Positions 24,661 to 36,592 are shown, numbered from the stretch's first letter. The stretch: DNA of 64,000 nucleotides from Paramoeba atlantica (GCA_977017575.1 CDRNVI010000052.1:273346-337345), one strand, 5' to 3'. Numbers and translations are program-made. Notes: generated from the letters alone by a model not told the origin.

Positions 24661-27600
24661 CTATCCTTCCGTGATGGGCTCGTTCGGGTCGGGCACAGCC
24701 ATGCGTGTAACCATCATACGAGCCTGTGCTCGCATGAGGGTCACATTCAATTCGGCATACAATTTATTTGTAGCCTGCTCTTCCGTAAGGGTCCCATTTG
24801 AGGCCTGTGCCCGCCTCTTTCCGACTCCCTTTAGAACGGACGTTGCGCTCACGCTCCAGGAGCCATAGCTCTCTACCACCATGGCTGTGAATTCATGGCC
24901 TGCTTCCTCAGCCTCCAACCGTTGGTGCACCTTTTTTTCCGCGGCGTAGTGCTCGGCGAATGATCCTGCAGCTACCCAGCTAGCGTTACGAACTTTGTCC
25001 GTGTATTTAGTTTGCTGAGCGTGGGTAACTGCAAAATCAAGGACCATGCCTTTAGCCTTGGAATACGTGGGGAGAAACACATCGCCTGGCCTGGTGAGCC
25101 CCCCTCCGGGACCTCGATTGCCAAGACTGTGCTCTCGTTGGGGTGCCAAAGAGGCATGCCCGCAGAAGGAGGAAAAATGTTCAACCAGGGAATTGTGCCG
25201 GTTTATTATACCTTGTCCATGTTTGCACACGAGTGCGTGATCCCCTTCAGGACCCAGAGGGAGTTTGCATTCATCCGAGGGACATGGACGAGTTTCTCCG
25301 TATACATCCACCCCCAACCACCATCGACACAAGGTTCGAAACTCCGCGGGTTTGAATGCATAGCCCAGGTCCTTCGATGGGGTGACGAATTCCCAGCTGC
25401 TAGCCCCTTTCCTTGATTGTGATACCCATCTGGTTCGCGTTCGCGTATCAGCGGAACAGTATGCTATATTAAACTCCCTTTCCCCTATAGCGCGGATGAT
25501 ATCTTTCTGACGTGGGATGATACTTTCGTCCCATTCTGGCGGGTCAATATCTATGTCAAGGTCAGCGCTCAACGGCGGGTCAGCATCTAAAAAAGGTCCG
25601 GTGTCTGATGGCTCGCGGGCTGTATCGACCTGTGTGGAAGAGTGAATGGGTGGCTTTGGGGGAAAAGAGGGATGTGATCGGTCGCGCTGTTGGGTGGTGG
25701 GGCAAAGGAAACGACCCGTTTCGGGATCTACGAGAGTGCCTCCGGCTTTTGCGTTCACGTCGTTGACGGCTGGTGAAAAGCCTTCCGCGTCCAGTGGATT
25801 CCATCCGTTCTTGCTTGCTGCGAACACCACAGATGCTACGTAAGCTGAAGACGAGTACATTTCCGATGAACGCAGACCGAAACCTCCGTGTCTCTTCAGG
25901 CGTTGGATCTGAGCGCGGGAAGGGGCGTTCAGTGGGCAAAGTATTTCTTCTGCTGTGCTCAACAGTGAATTGTCTAGATGTTCGCAAACGCGTTGTATGC
26001 ATTGTGGGGGTGTTGTACGTAGGGCGTAGACCAGTTGACAAAAGCCAGCACATTGTCGTATCAGTGCCATGGCGACCTGCGGGTCCTCAATTAAACTGGA
26101 AGCAACTAAAGTTTCTTCTGCTGGTTCGATCGCATTGGTCATGAGGTATTCGGCGCAGTGTTTGTTGGATCCGATAGGGCTTCCTAGGATGTCGAAATTT
26201 CCTTCTGTGTTTTGCTTGTCTTTTGGTATATCTGGGAAAAGAGATGTTTGGTGTGCAGATGAGGGTAGTGTGATGATCTCGCATTTCTTGCTATTGAGGT
26301 GTAGTCCCTGACCTGGTCCGAGGTGATCAAGTATGTCGAGGGCTTTTCTTACTTCTTCTGCTTTCCCTATAAAAACTCCATCGTCTAAGTACCACAGGTT
26401 TAGAAGAAGTTCCGTGTACGACTGAATTTGTTTGGTAACCTCCAACATGACTAAGGAAAAGAGAAGAGGACCGAGGGGATCGCCCTGTTGTACCCCTTCC
26501 GAGGACGGTACGAAACGGTGCCCGTAAGTTAAGCTACTGGTTTCGACGTAGCACCATTCTACCTATCTGGACAATTCCGGGAAGTGCTCTCTGGTGAGAC
26601 TGATGAATGCGTCACGGCTAACGTTGTTAAATGCGTTGGACAAATCAACTTTGCATAAAACTATATCGGAATTTGTTGTGTCAGTGTCCATTGCAAGCCT
26701 ACAAAGGTGAATGATACGTTCTGCCCCTGCTCGGGTGGCCACTCCATATTGTTGTGCTTCAAAGTATTTCCCCGCTTTCATTCGGACACTACTGCATGCG
26801 GCCTTGCTCACTAACCGACGAATAGTCTCCCCCGCTGCGATAGGGCGAACGTCGTTTTCCCCCTTCTTGAGCGCACATAGTCGCGCACCTGCGAAATATG
26901 CTTGTACTTCGATGGGTGCTTTGCCAGAAAGAAGATGATTAGCTAGGTTTGTGAGTTCCTGAAGCGGGTGAACATTCTTGTCTTCGTAGGAAAGAAGCGC
27001 GGATTGTAAGTGTTCCGGGCGGAGACCCATCGTACCTGCTGAAGATCCTCGACGAAAACTGTTTATGGCTACTTTAATATCGGATTCTTCGAGGTTCAAA
27101 TGTTTGACATGTGGTGGAGGGTCGGCGAGGGCTTCCGTAGTAGTTTGACGTGCCGGATGCTTCTCCAACAGCTTCGCATATGTTTCTTCGTTTTCATCTG
27201 CCATCGGCGCTGCGGTTAAGGCAGCCATACCTCTAGAGAATTCACCTTGTCTGACTAGAAGTTCTGCGCGGATGACGGCTTTCTGGGCCTCATGTTGTTC
27301 CGAAATGGGGTCAGGGTTTCGTTGTCGTCTATTAGCGGCTGCCTCTTTCCACAACTGAGTGTATTCCTTTGCCATCCATCGCTCCATGCACTTTCGAACG
27401 TGGGATGAGTATGCCATGTAGCCTTTACGCCCTCCGCGTCGAGGGGCCGGTAACACACACTTTGGGAGCATGGCAAGGAGTGTCCATGTCGCTACTGAGT
27501 TTTCTTGTACTGCTGCCTTCAAAGCGCTAGTTAAGATCTCCGCCCACAGCTGACGGCATCGGTGGGGCACGTCTTTACATGTGCTCTTCGCGAGTGTGCA

Positions 27601-28149
27601 GACACTTGCCAAAGTAGGTAATTCGGCGGTTTCTGTTACGATGGAGTGCTGCGAAAAAATATCTACTGACATTTGTGCTGCTTGACTTGATTGACCGATG
27701 CAGGTCTTCGGGTGCGTAGTTTTACGGTTGAGCGTGTAGTGTTTGCCGCACGTTTCACAAAGGAACTTGCCTTCCGCTGCCCACCATGCAGCCGGGACGC
27801 CGGTACTGTGGTGGTACGCTACGTGGTTATAATATGCTTGCCAAGACCCTCCATGTGCAATCGTGCGCCAAGCGCATCCTTCAGCAGGACAGATGCGGTG
27901 TTTGGGAGCGCTCTGCGGAAGTGGCGGGGGCTTGTCGCTTCCGTTTCGTGGGGCATATCTGTTGCCAAAGTCTTCGCGCCTACCGTCCGATTGTGCTTCG
28001 GAACAACCAGTTTCGCTAGTCATGGGTTTTGTGCCGGAGGAATGCTTTGGAGGTGATTGGATCTGGTGGGCTGGCTGAGAGCGTGTCGGCGTTTGTTCGC
28101 CGAGGGTGCCGTCCTTAATAGTCTGTTGGTGTTGCCTTCGTGTTTCCAA
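24661..28149 (-). CDS. CRE-like polyprotein (~1160 codons): N-terminal Zn fingers, reverse transcriptase, C-terminal Zn knuckle and PD-(D/E)xK restriction-like endonuclease; one in-frame TAG at 26563-26565
   Basis: CPAEGC..YYNHVAYHH, CETCGKH, PIAAGETIRRL, QYGV, KVDLSNAFN, GVQQGDPLGPLLF, WYLDDG, CKHGQGIINRHN, RPGDVF..LDFAVTH, VVESYG. ORFs 26563-28149 and 24661-26448 are in the same frame. Confidence 0.9.
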
Positions 28150-28435
28150 GGGTCGCCTAGGTGATCGGTTATCCGTCTTTGAAACTCCTTTGATCCCATC
28201 CGCATTGCGCTGTTGACGTGATATTGCATCCTTCAGTGCAGCGTTGATTGCTGGCCCTGATTTCAGAGTAGAAATACTAGCTGCAAGGTTGGCTGTCGTA
28301 CCCTTTCGTTGTACTGCGCAGTGTTGTATTTCCTCATTCTCGGCTAGGTGGTGTCCCGTGTCCGGTGTTTCGCGGTCGTCTGATTTTTTTTCAGCGAGGC
28401 GTAGCCTAAAGGGGAAAGGAAAAAAGAAAATAATT

Positions 28436-28467
28436 CAACAAGGTACAGAAACTGTATCTTTATCGTT
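28436..28467 (-). other. Spliced-leader exon-like sequence at the 5' end of element 1
   Basis: Exact 32-nt AACGATAAAGATACAGTTTCTGTACCTTGTTG, joined to AATT instead of a GT donor. Confidence 0.85.
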
Positions 28468-29752
28468 AAAGATCCTTATTTTTTGTGTGATTATTTTTTA
28501 TTTTTTATTTTTTAGAACCAGCACGTGAGACCCTTTCCGCTGTTGGAATAACCCCTCAAGTCGCTATGGCCTTAATTCGCCAGTGCACGGTCTTTTGCCA
28601 AATGGTCTATGCCCTTCGAACTACGTCTCCGCAAGCCCTACCCCATCTGTGCAGTCTTCTAGACGATAGCGCCCTCACTGCTGTAGAGCTCGCACTCTTT
28701 CCTTTGGACCCGCAAGCACGTGACCAAATTCAAAGTCGGAAACGCCAGGGGGGCTTTGGTCTCAGATCTGCCTCTCTCCAAGCAACATCGGCTTATGTTG
28801 CTTCTGTAGCACACGCTGCCGAGGAGGACAACTGGGACCCTACAGACGCCGAAGGTTTCGCCGCCTCGGCGCAGGACTTCAACAACAAAATAGGAGTGAC
28901 CCTTGTGTACCCCAGCACAGGTCGCATACCCAAACAAAACCCGCGACCGGACTCCGGCTCACAACGCATCTCACCCCCGAACAGGAGACGTCGAAGAAAA
29001 TGCTACGCAGCATGGCGGTAGACGGCTCCACGGAACCGGAACTGGTGATTCCCAAGCAACAGCAATTGAGTCAGGCAATTGCCGAACGTTATCACGCTGG
29101 TGGTTGGGAGTGGATATTTGCCCAGAGGATAGTCCTTGTCCGGCAAAAGGATGCACGCTACCCCTTCAGAGAAACGGAGAACACGCGCTTTGTTGTAAAA
29201 ACGGTCATGGCCTGATCACCAGACGTAACGCCATTTGCGATCAATTTTCTTCTTTCTGCAGCAAGGCAGACATTGCGCCCCAGAGGGAAAAAAGCTTGGG
29301 AAACCGAGGCCCAGGCGGTGCCCTCACCAGACCCCCGCGACCTCTTTATTCCCAACGACGCTCTCGGAAATGGTATGGTGTTGGACTTTGCAGTCACCCA
29401 TGCCCAGCAAATAAAGTATCTGGACTCCGTCCGTATTGCTAGCTTGGTGGCTGCAGGATCCTTCGCTGACCATTTTTCCGAATCTAAGAAGAAACAACGC
29501 CAGGAAGCGGAGGAGGCCCGGTTACTTTTCACTTCCATGATCGTTGAGTCCTTTGGCTCGTGGAGCAGTAGCGCCATGTCGGTCCTGTGGAAGGTCGGAG
29601 CGCAGCGCGCAAATCGCCGAAAGGTCTGCTCACTGAAACAAAAGCTCGGAATGACTTGCTCAACGAGCTCAATATCACACTCATGCGATCCCAGGCGAGG
29701 ATGATGGTCTCTCGAATGACTGTAATCGATCCCAACACGCCCTCAGAAGGGC

Positions 29753-29756
<4 letters not shown>

Positions 29757-29785
<29 letters not shown>

Positions 29786-30300
29786 ACACGGAGGGCTCTG
29801 CAGCGCCAACCGTTAGGGTAGAGTCTCATGTCACCGACCTTCATTGTCTTGCCACCCCCTTCCCAGACGGCACTCGACGCCTTGCGGCCCGAGCGCGGCT
29901 ACCCAACCGTAGCTACCAGGACGGGCGCCCACCTCGTCGGCCTCGGAACTTCCAAATCTGTCTGTGAAGGGTCTCGCTTGCCAGTGACCATCCGGAGCAA
30001 TCCGGAATGATTTGGATTTTTTTTGGATTTTTGGCGCCCACCCCTTTGCATCGTGTAGGCTGTGTCTCAAGCCTTCTTTGCGTAAGCAGCTCGCAATTTA
30101 GCGGCTGCGCTGGAGCCTGGTTCAGCTCTGCGGTTCCGGGTCGGTCCTCCAGGGGAGCGGGGTTGGGTGTGGGCCTTGAAGGCACTCCTGATCGCTTTCC
30201 CTTTGTAGTGAGGCCGCCAGATTGCGAGTTTTGTCGATAGCGGGAATCGAACCAACAACCTGCAGGTTGTAAGGCTCACCGTCTACCAACAACCACCGCT
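29757..30300 (-). mobile_element. SINE S1 near-full copy with a nested S2 fragment (~29930-30035)
   Basis: (GAA)n tail at 29757-29783 on the + strand; head AGCGGTGGTTGTTGGTAGACGG...GGTTCGATTCCCGC on the minus strand. Confidence 0.8.
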
Positions 30301-30329
30301 TTTTGACGAAGCAGCTACATATATGCAAA

Positions 30330-31240
30330 TGCGGAGCCACTTTATCATTAGTTCGGCCGCTTTCTTACCACCTATTTTTCTGTTTCCCGCCATCACCCAC
30401 GGATCATAGCAGTTCGTTGCATAGTTAAGTCGCAAGCGGGCTACATATGGTACGTCTACTGCTTGAACAAATTGAGTCATACCTTGAGGCGCAACTGCGA
30501 GAGCGCTAAATGTCGATAAGGCGTGCTTGGAGATGGTCGTTGTGTGCCCGTTGGCTCTTCCCAGGATAGTTAGGCAGGTGTCCGTTTCAGGGGGTAAGGC
30601 AGTTACTTGACTCCGAATGAAAGGAATTATGCGGCTAGCCATGAGTTTTCCTGTGATTACACCGCTTGCATTCTCAATAATTTGCCACCCAAACGGATTG
30701 GATAGTGTCCACGTCGAAGCAAAACTACGCATCGAAGAAAGAGAGGCTCAAAACATGAAGCTCGCTTAATTACCACAAGGATGGCAATATATGAAGCACA
30801 TCTTTTGGTCCATGCAGGGTCCTCCGTAACAATAATGTCTCTGCACCCTCGAGCTGAAAGAGCAAAGAAGGACGTGGAATTCATGGAGCCGCTGAAAGGA
30901 AACGGGATCATGTCAAGGTTGATTATGATTGAAACAATTCTTGAAAGACGAATATTGTACAGGAATTCGTGGAAAGATTGCAGAGACTTAGAAATATCTT
31001 CAGAGGTACGCGTAGTCGTGCGTTGGGTGGAACGAAGAACTATTCCGTATCTTTTTTTCCATCGATAAAACCATATGCGAGGTACTGGGGAACCTTTGCG
31101 ACACGAGGCCTTCCGCTTTGCTGAGGCAACGGAAACCCGCATGTTGCGTGAACGCAATTCAACAAGCCATATAATTCTCCGAGATTGTTAGTCTCAGAGC
31201 TCTGCTTCCGCATGCGTTTTCTTTTCCCATCTCCACGAAC
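30330..31240 (-). pseudogene. pogo/Tigger-type DDE transposase remnant (3' part duplicated at ~34345-34735)
   Basis: WFYRWKKRYGIVLR resembles the CENP-B-type HTH; IINLDMIP resembles the first catalytic NxDET motif; PQGMTQFVQAVDV resembles the PxxxTxxxQPxDV motif. Frameshifted; no TIRs recognised. Confidence 0.6.
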
Positions 31241-31544
31241 ACTGGTTTCGACCAACGCTTTCCCCCCCCCCTCCCCCCCCCTCCCCCCCCCTGGACCCCC
31301 CCCTAGACCCTCAATTTTTTTTATTTTTTTTCAGGGGTCTGAAAATATATTACTGTCCCCCCCCCCCGTTTAAGAGCGAAAAGTGCGCTTAAACGGGGGG
31401 GTCTGAATCACTACATAAAAAAAAAATTGGCGCCGCTTCGCGGCGCCGGGCTCTTTCCTTCAACTCTATGTGCGCTTAAACGTGGGGGTCTGACCGGGTG
31501 CGCTTCAAGTGGGGGGGGCAGTATATCTATATTGAGGGAGATGC

Positions 31545-32646
31545 TACTCCCTCGCTACCGTAGGTTAATTCGACGTGCCCGATTTCATGCCCGATTTCGA
31601 GCCCGATTTGTGGCCCGATATCGTGCCCGATATCGTTTCAGGTGAGTTTTCGAAAAAAATGTATACAAAGACGTATGAATCGAATTTAGTGACAAGATTA
31701 CTAGTTTTTCAACAATTCCGATGGGTACCCCCTGCCCCCCCCACGTCCCCACCAGGGTGATCATAGCAATTTTTGAAATTTTGCAAAAAAAAACTAAAAA
31801 TTTGTGGGTGAAAGTGAAAAAACATATTTTTCCAAAATCAACTCCTAGATCGTTTTTTGAGAGTTTGGAGCCTTCTATACCTGTATACCCTTTGATTTCA
31901 TTCGATATTTCTCCACCCTGTTCCGATAATACACCTACATAGTACACAATTTACCCGGAAGTGTGTGACACGCAAGGCCGATGAGGAAGGAGGAGGCGCA
32001 AGGAAAAAAGGAAGACGTATGAATCGAATTGAGTGACGAGATCACTAGTTTTCCAACAATTCCGACGGGTATCCCCTGCTCCCCCCCCTCCCCACCAGGG
32101 TAATCATAGCAATTTTTGAAATTTTTGAAAAACAAAACTGAAAAATTATGGGTGAAAGTAAAAAAATATATTTATCCGAAATCAACTCCTAGACCGTTTT
32201 TTGAGAGTTCGGGACCTGATGTACCTGATATACGCTTTGGTTTCATTCGATAGTTCTCCACCCTGTTCCGGTAATACACCTATAAAGGCCAAAATTTACC
32301 TGGAAGCGTGTGACACGCAAGGCCGTAGAGGAAGGAGGAGGCGCAAGACAAAAAGGCAGAAGGCGGAGCTTTTTGTCTTTTTGCCGCGGCGACGACGACT
32401 CCCTCGCGTGGGAAGCTGTAAGGGGTCCCAGGTAGCATGTTTCGATGGCTATGTAACCCAGGCTAAAGTGGACGAGGGAGATACTAAAGGCACCTTTGGA
32501 AGACGCCCACAAAACTGGAACGGTATCTCCCGTTAAAGACCCTTTTGTCACATCAGAATGCTCTACAAACCGGGAGATACCGTTCCAGTTTTGTGGCGGT
32601 CTTCCAAAGGTGCCTTTAGTATCTCCCTCGTCCACTTTAGCCTGGG
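31545..32646 (+). mobile_element. Hairpin-ended non-coding unit, family B (copy 2, inverted relative to copy 1)
   Basis: Reverse-complement match to 16549-17865; terminal foldback at ~32457-32646. Confidence 0.7.
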
Positions 32647-32815
32647 TTTATAGTATTTGAAAAAAAACTATTGTACTATATAGTATAGTATTAGTATAGT
32701 ATAGTAGTAGTATAGTATTATAACACTATAAAAATCTATAACAAGAAAAATTGATCAAAAACGTTTTGACGCTCTCTTTTAGCACGAATGGCATCAGGTA
32801 CATAGTCAATTTATT

Positions 32816-33744
32816 GCGGTGGTTGTAAAACTACCGCTCTACACTCGATTATTGAAAAAAAAGTGAACAAAAACAGTGAAAATATAAAGAGGAACACAGT
32901 AATATAATAGAAGAAAAAAATATAAAAGGGGGCTCCGGTGGTCCAAAACTGAAAATTTTTTTTGAAAAAAATGGGGGGTCCATGGGGGGGGTCCATGGGG
33001 GGGGTCCAGGGGGGGGGTCCAGGGGGGGGGTCCAGGGGGGGGGGGCATGGTCGATCAAATTTTTTCGAAAAAATTAGTTTTCGAAAAAAAACCGCAGAAA
33101 GGGTAGCCGGGGTCTTGGCGCGCATTTTCCACCCCCCTACCCTGGGGTGACCCCCCCGCGTATCCGCAGGACGGGTCCGCCAAGTTCGGATTTTTTCGGA
33201 AAAATTTTTTCGAAAAAAAATTCAACTTGGCGAAAAAAATGACAAAAAAAATATTTTTCCAAAATCGTTTCCCCTATTGTATTTTGATAGTTTGGGACCT
33301 ACACTAGCTTTCTCCGCAGTTGTTTTCGCAAGGTATCACTTCTTCGAACTGTGGTGCGCCCCTCAAAATGACCCACTTTTGACTAAAAAAGGTGAAAAAG
33401 TATTTTTCGGACCTAAAGGGGCATTTTTGTGTCGAAAGAATGGTATGGTTGGAGTCGTATTCTCTACCCAATACGTTCGGTAGGCTTTCATTCATGCCTG
33501 CGAGTGATTTCCCACGCGCAAATGTCGGATTTAGTGCTCTGAGAGCAAAAATATGCGAAAATGACCCCATTTGTACCCGAAATTCGGCTATTTTTGGCTA
33601 TAATCTTTCCGTTTTCCAGGCTAAATTTTCTTTTTTAGGCTCTTCGTTAAACGCGGCGGTAGTTTTCAACGCGAAGTGCGCAGCATGAGTGACTTCTAAG
33701 TTGAAAGCAACCACCGCGTTTAACGAAGAGCCTAAAAAAGAAAA
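32816..33744 (+). mobile_element. Hairpin-ended non-coding unit, family A (putative non-autonomous Helitron/Helentron); extra partial copy at ~33910-34180
   Basis: 5' hairpin GCGGTGGTT-GTAA-AACTACCGC, (GGGGGGGTCCA)n tract, and a 3' ~45-bp-arm foldback (33626-33744) containing CAACCACCGC, the inverse of the 5' terminus. No TSD seen. Confidence 0.75.
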
Positions 33745-34919
33745 TGACAGGCTTAATCAAGTTTCTTATGTTTCGCGGAAGAAAACGTAGTTTTCAGTTT
33801 TGTGCTTTTGCATGTTCCGCCAAAGGAGAAAAAAGAAGCTACAAGGACTATCTTTTGAGGGAAAAAATCATCCAAACCCGCTAAAAATCCTTCAAAAAAA
33901 TTATAGAATGACCCCCCCGCGTATCCGCAGGACGGGTCCGCCAAGTTCGGATTGTTTCGGAAAAAAAATTTTCAAAAAAAATTCAACTTGGCGAAAAAAA
34001 TGACAAAAACAATATTTTTCCAAAATCGTTTCCCCTATTGTATTTTGATAGTTTGGGACCTACACTAGCTTTCTACGCAGTTGTTTTCGCAAGGTATCAC
34101 TTCTTCGAACCGTGGTGCGCCACTCAAAATGACCCAGTTTTGACTAAAAAAGGTGAAAAAGTATTTTTCGGACCTAAAGGTCGGTCCTCCAGGGGAGCGG
34201 GGTTGGGTGTGGGCCTTGAAGGCACTCCTGATCGCTTTCCCTTTGTAGTGAGGCCGCCAGATTGCGAGTTTTGTCGATAGCGGGAATCGAACCAACAACC
34301 TGCAGGTTGTAAGGCTCACCGTCTACCAACAACCACCGCTTTTTGACGAAGCAGCTACATATATGCAAATGCGGAGCCACTTTATCATTAGTTCGGCCGC
34401 TTTCTTACCACCTATTTTTCTGTTTCCCGCCATCACCCACGGATCATAGCAGTTCGTTGCATAGTTAAGTCGCAAGCGGGCTGTATATGATACGTCTACT
34501 GCTTGAACAAATTGAGTCATACCTTGAGGCGCAACTGCGAGAGCGCTAAATGTCGATAAGGCGTGCTTGGAGATGGTCGTTGTGTGCCCGTTGGCTCTTC
34601 CCAGGATAGTTAGGCAGGTGTCCGTTTCAGGGGGTAAGGCAGTTACTTGGCTCCGAATGAAAGGAATTGTGCGGCTAGCCATGAGTTTTCCTGTGATTAC
34701 ACCGCTTGCATTCTCAATAATTTGCCACCCAAAGGGATTTTTTTGGGAATCGAACCAACAACCTGCAGGTTGTAAGGCCCGCCGTCTACCACCTACGCCC
34801 GCACCGACCCGAAATTTGTCTTCCAAATCTGTCTGTGAAGGGTCTGGCTTGCCAGTGACCATCCGGAGCAATCCGGAATGATTTCGATTTTTTTTTTTGG
34901 ATTTTTGGAAAAGGAAGCA

Positions 34920-35666
34920 CATGTGAAATCCGTTGTGGATTCGACGAGAAAGAAGTATACAATAGCGTAGGGACGGTGACTAAGAGAACTGTACGTCGAG
35001 GTTTTTTTGGATTGGGTATCTCAATCTGGAAAAGGGGCAGGTGACTCGCTGTTTGTCACGCCCTCCAGGGAAAAGGTGCACGCCTTTACTAAAACGGAGT
35101 TCCGCACCCTGTGCACCTGGTTGATAGGACAAAAAGTATATCCAGAAACACACCCCTGTCCCGTCTCAGGCTGCACGCTTCCGATGGGACCACGAGGAGA
35201 CCACGCATTGGTCTGTAAACACGACTACGGGATCTCGGCAAGGCATAATGCCTTGACCCTCCAGTTCTTTGATGTTTGCCAAAAGCCCAATTTGTCTCCG
35301 AAAAGGGAGCACAGCTTCGGCAACAGAGGTCCAGGGAGGGCACTCACAAGACCAGGGGATGTGTTCCTTCCGAGCTACACGCTCGGTAAAGGCCTTGTCT
35401 TTGATTTTGCGGTGACCCACGTCCAGCAACAGAAATATACGGACCTGGTCCGTTCTGCTGGCATGGTAGCTGCAGGGGCCTTCGCAGAGAAATATGCGAC
35501 GAACTACAAGCGTGGACAAAGGCAAGAGGCTTTAGAGGCCGGACATGATTTCACCGCCATGGTAGTGGAATCGTACGGATCATGGAGTCCGACGTCCCTC
35601 CATATACTGAAGAAGATAGCGGGAAAAAGAGCCGCAGCATGTAAGGGTGATATGTCCGTGCGGCGG
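34920..35666 (+). pseudogene. CRE-like endonuclease-domain fragment
   Basis: EFRTLCTWLIG, HALVCKHDYG, RPGDVFLP, FDFAVTH, AMVVESYGSW. Confidence 0.85.
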
Positions 35667-36058
35667 AGGTGGCGGAGTGGCAAGAATTCAAAGTTTGAAG
35701 CACATGGTGCTCAGACGGCGAGTTCAAACCCGCTCATCGCAATATTCCCGGCGGCCTCACTCTAAGAGGCTGGGCTGATAACCGACTAGGCCCAGTACTC
35801 GGAGGACCGTCCCGGACCCTCCCCTCAGGGAACCAGCTCCCTTACCCGGATTACACCTCTTGGGTAAGCCGTGTTGACGTACAGTTCGTCGACGCAGCGT
35901 GTTGGCAACATCACGTTGGTGCCGCCTTGGAAAAGCGGAAACTGGTAGAGGACGTCGGCCTCGGAATTTCCAAATCTGTCTGTGAAGGGTCTGGATTGCC
36001 AGTGACCATCCGGAGCAATCCGGAATGATTCGGATTTTTTTTTTTTTGGATTTTTGGA
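35667..36058 (+). mobile_element. SINE S2 full copy
   Basis: Head GGAGGTGGCGGAGTGG through tail GATTCGGATTTTT...GGATTTTTGG. Confidence 0.85.
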
Positions 36059-36199
36059 AAAGGAAGCACATGTGAAATCCGTTGGGGATTCGACGAGAAA
36101 CAAGTATACAATAGCGTAGGGACGGTGACTAAGAGAACTGTACGTCGAGGAGCGGTAAAGCTCAGAATATCATACAAACCAAAAGATGCTAGTGAAGGT

Positions 36200-36592
36200 C
36201 CTACCCCCTTCCCAGACGGCATTCGACGCCTTGCAGCCCGAGAACGGCTACGCAACCGTAGCTACCAGGACGGGCGTCCAACCCCGTTGCATCGTGTAGG
36301 CTGTGTTTCAAGCCTCCTTTGCGTAAGAAGCTCGCAATTTAGCGGCTGCGCTGGAGCCTGGTTCAGCTCGACGGTTCCGGGTCAGTCCTCCAGGGGAGCG
36401 GGGTTGGGTGTGGGCCTTGAAGGCACTCCTGATCGCTTTCGCTATAACAATTTTTATTAAGATAACAATTTTTATTAAGATAACAATTTTTAATAAGATA
36501 ACAATTTTTATTAAGATAACAATTTTAGTGAGGCCGCCAGGTTGCGAGTCTTGTCGATAGCGGGAATCGAACCCACAACCTGCAGGTTGTAA
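36200..36592 (-). mobile_element. SINE S1 carrying ~4.5 units of an 18-bp repeat (AAAATTGTTATCTTAATA) at 36443-36525
   Basis: S1 body on both sides; the repeat replaces the few bases after GGCGGCCTCACT. Confidence 0.8.

Larger units (their letters stand above)
24106..28513 (-). mobile_element. Full-length CRE/SLACS-like retrotransposon (element 1) with SL exon at the 5' end, A-rich tail and 10-11 bp TSD
   Basis: TSD (T)AGAACCAGCA at 24095-24105 and 28513-28523; SL at 28436-28467; A-rich tail 24106-24150; single long ORF inside. Confidence 0.9.
23318..29756 (+). mobile_element. 5'-truncated CRE-like RT/RLE retrotransposon (host copy), interrupted by an S2 fragment (23430-23690) and a 4.4-kb antisense CRE element (24106-28513)
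   Basis: CKMDPRNAFNNV, EGVQQGYPLGPLLFSL and NFDILGSPIGSAEHC lie left of the insert. The frame resumes at 28514 (EPARETL...VAMALIRQC), then GGFGLRS, HALCCKNGHG, MVLDFAVTH and MIVESFGSWS, ending near 29756. Confidence 0.85.

Noticed and set aside
32811-33688. Pro-rich ORFs (PPPWTPP) and MYFDSLGPT ORFs in family A units
   Set aside because: Translations of the G-tract and repeat body; frames break between copies through homopolymer length changes.
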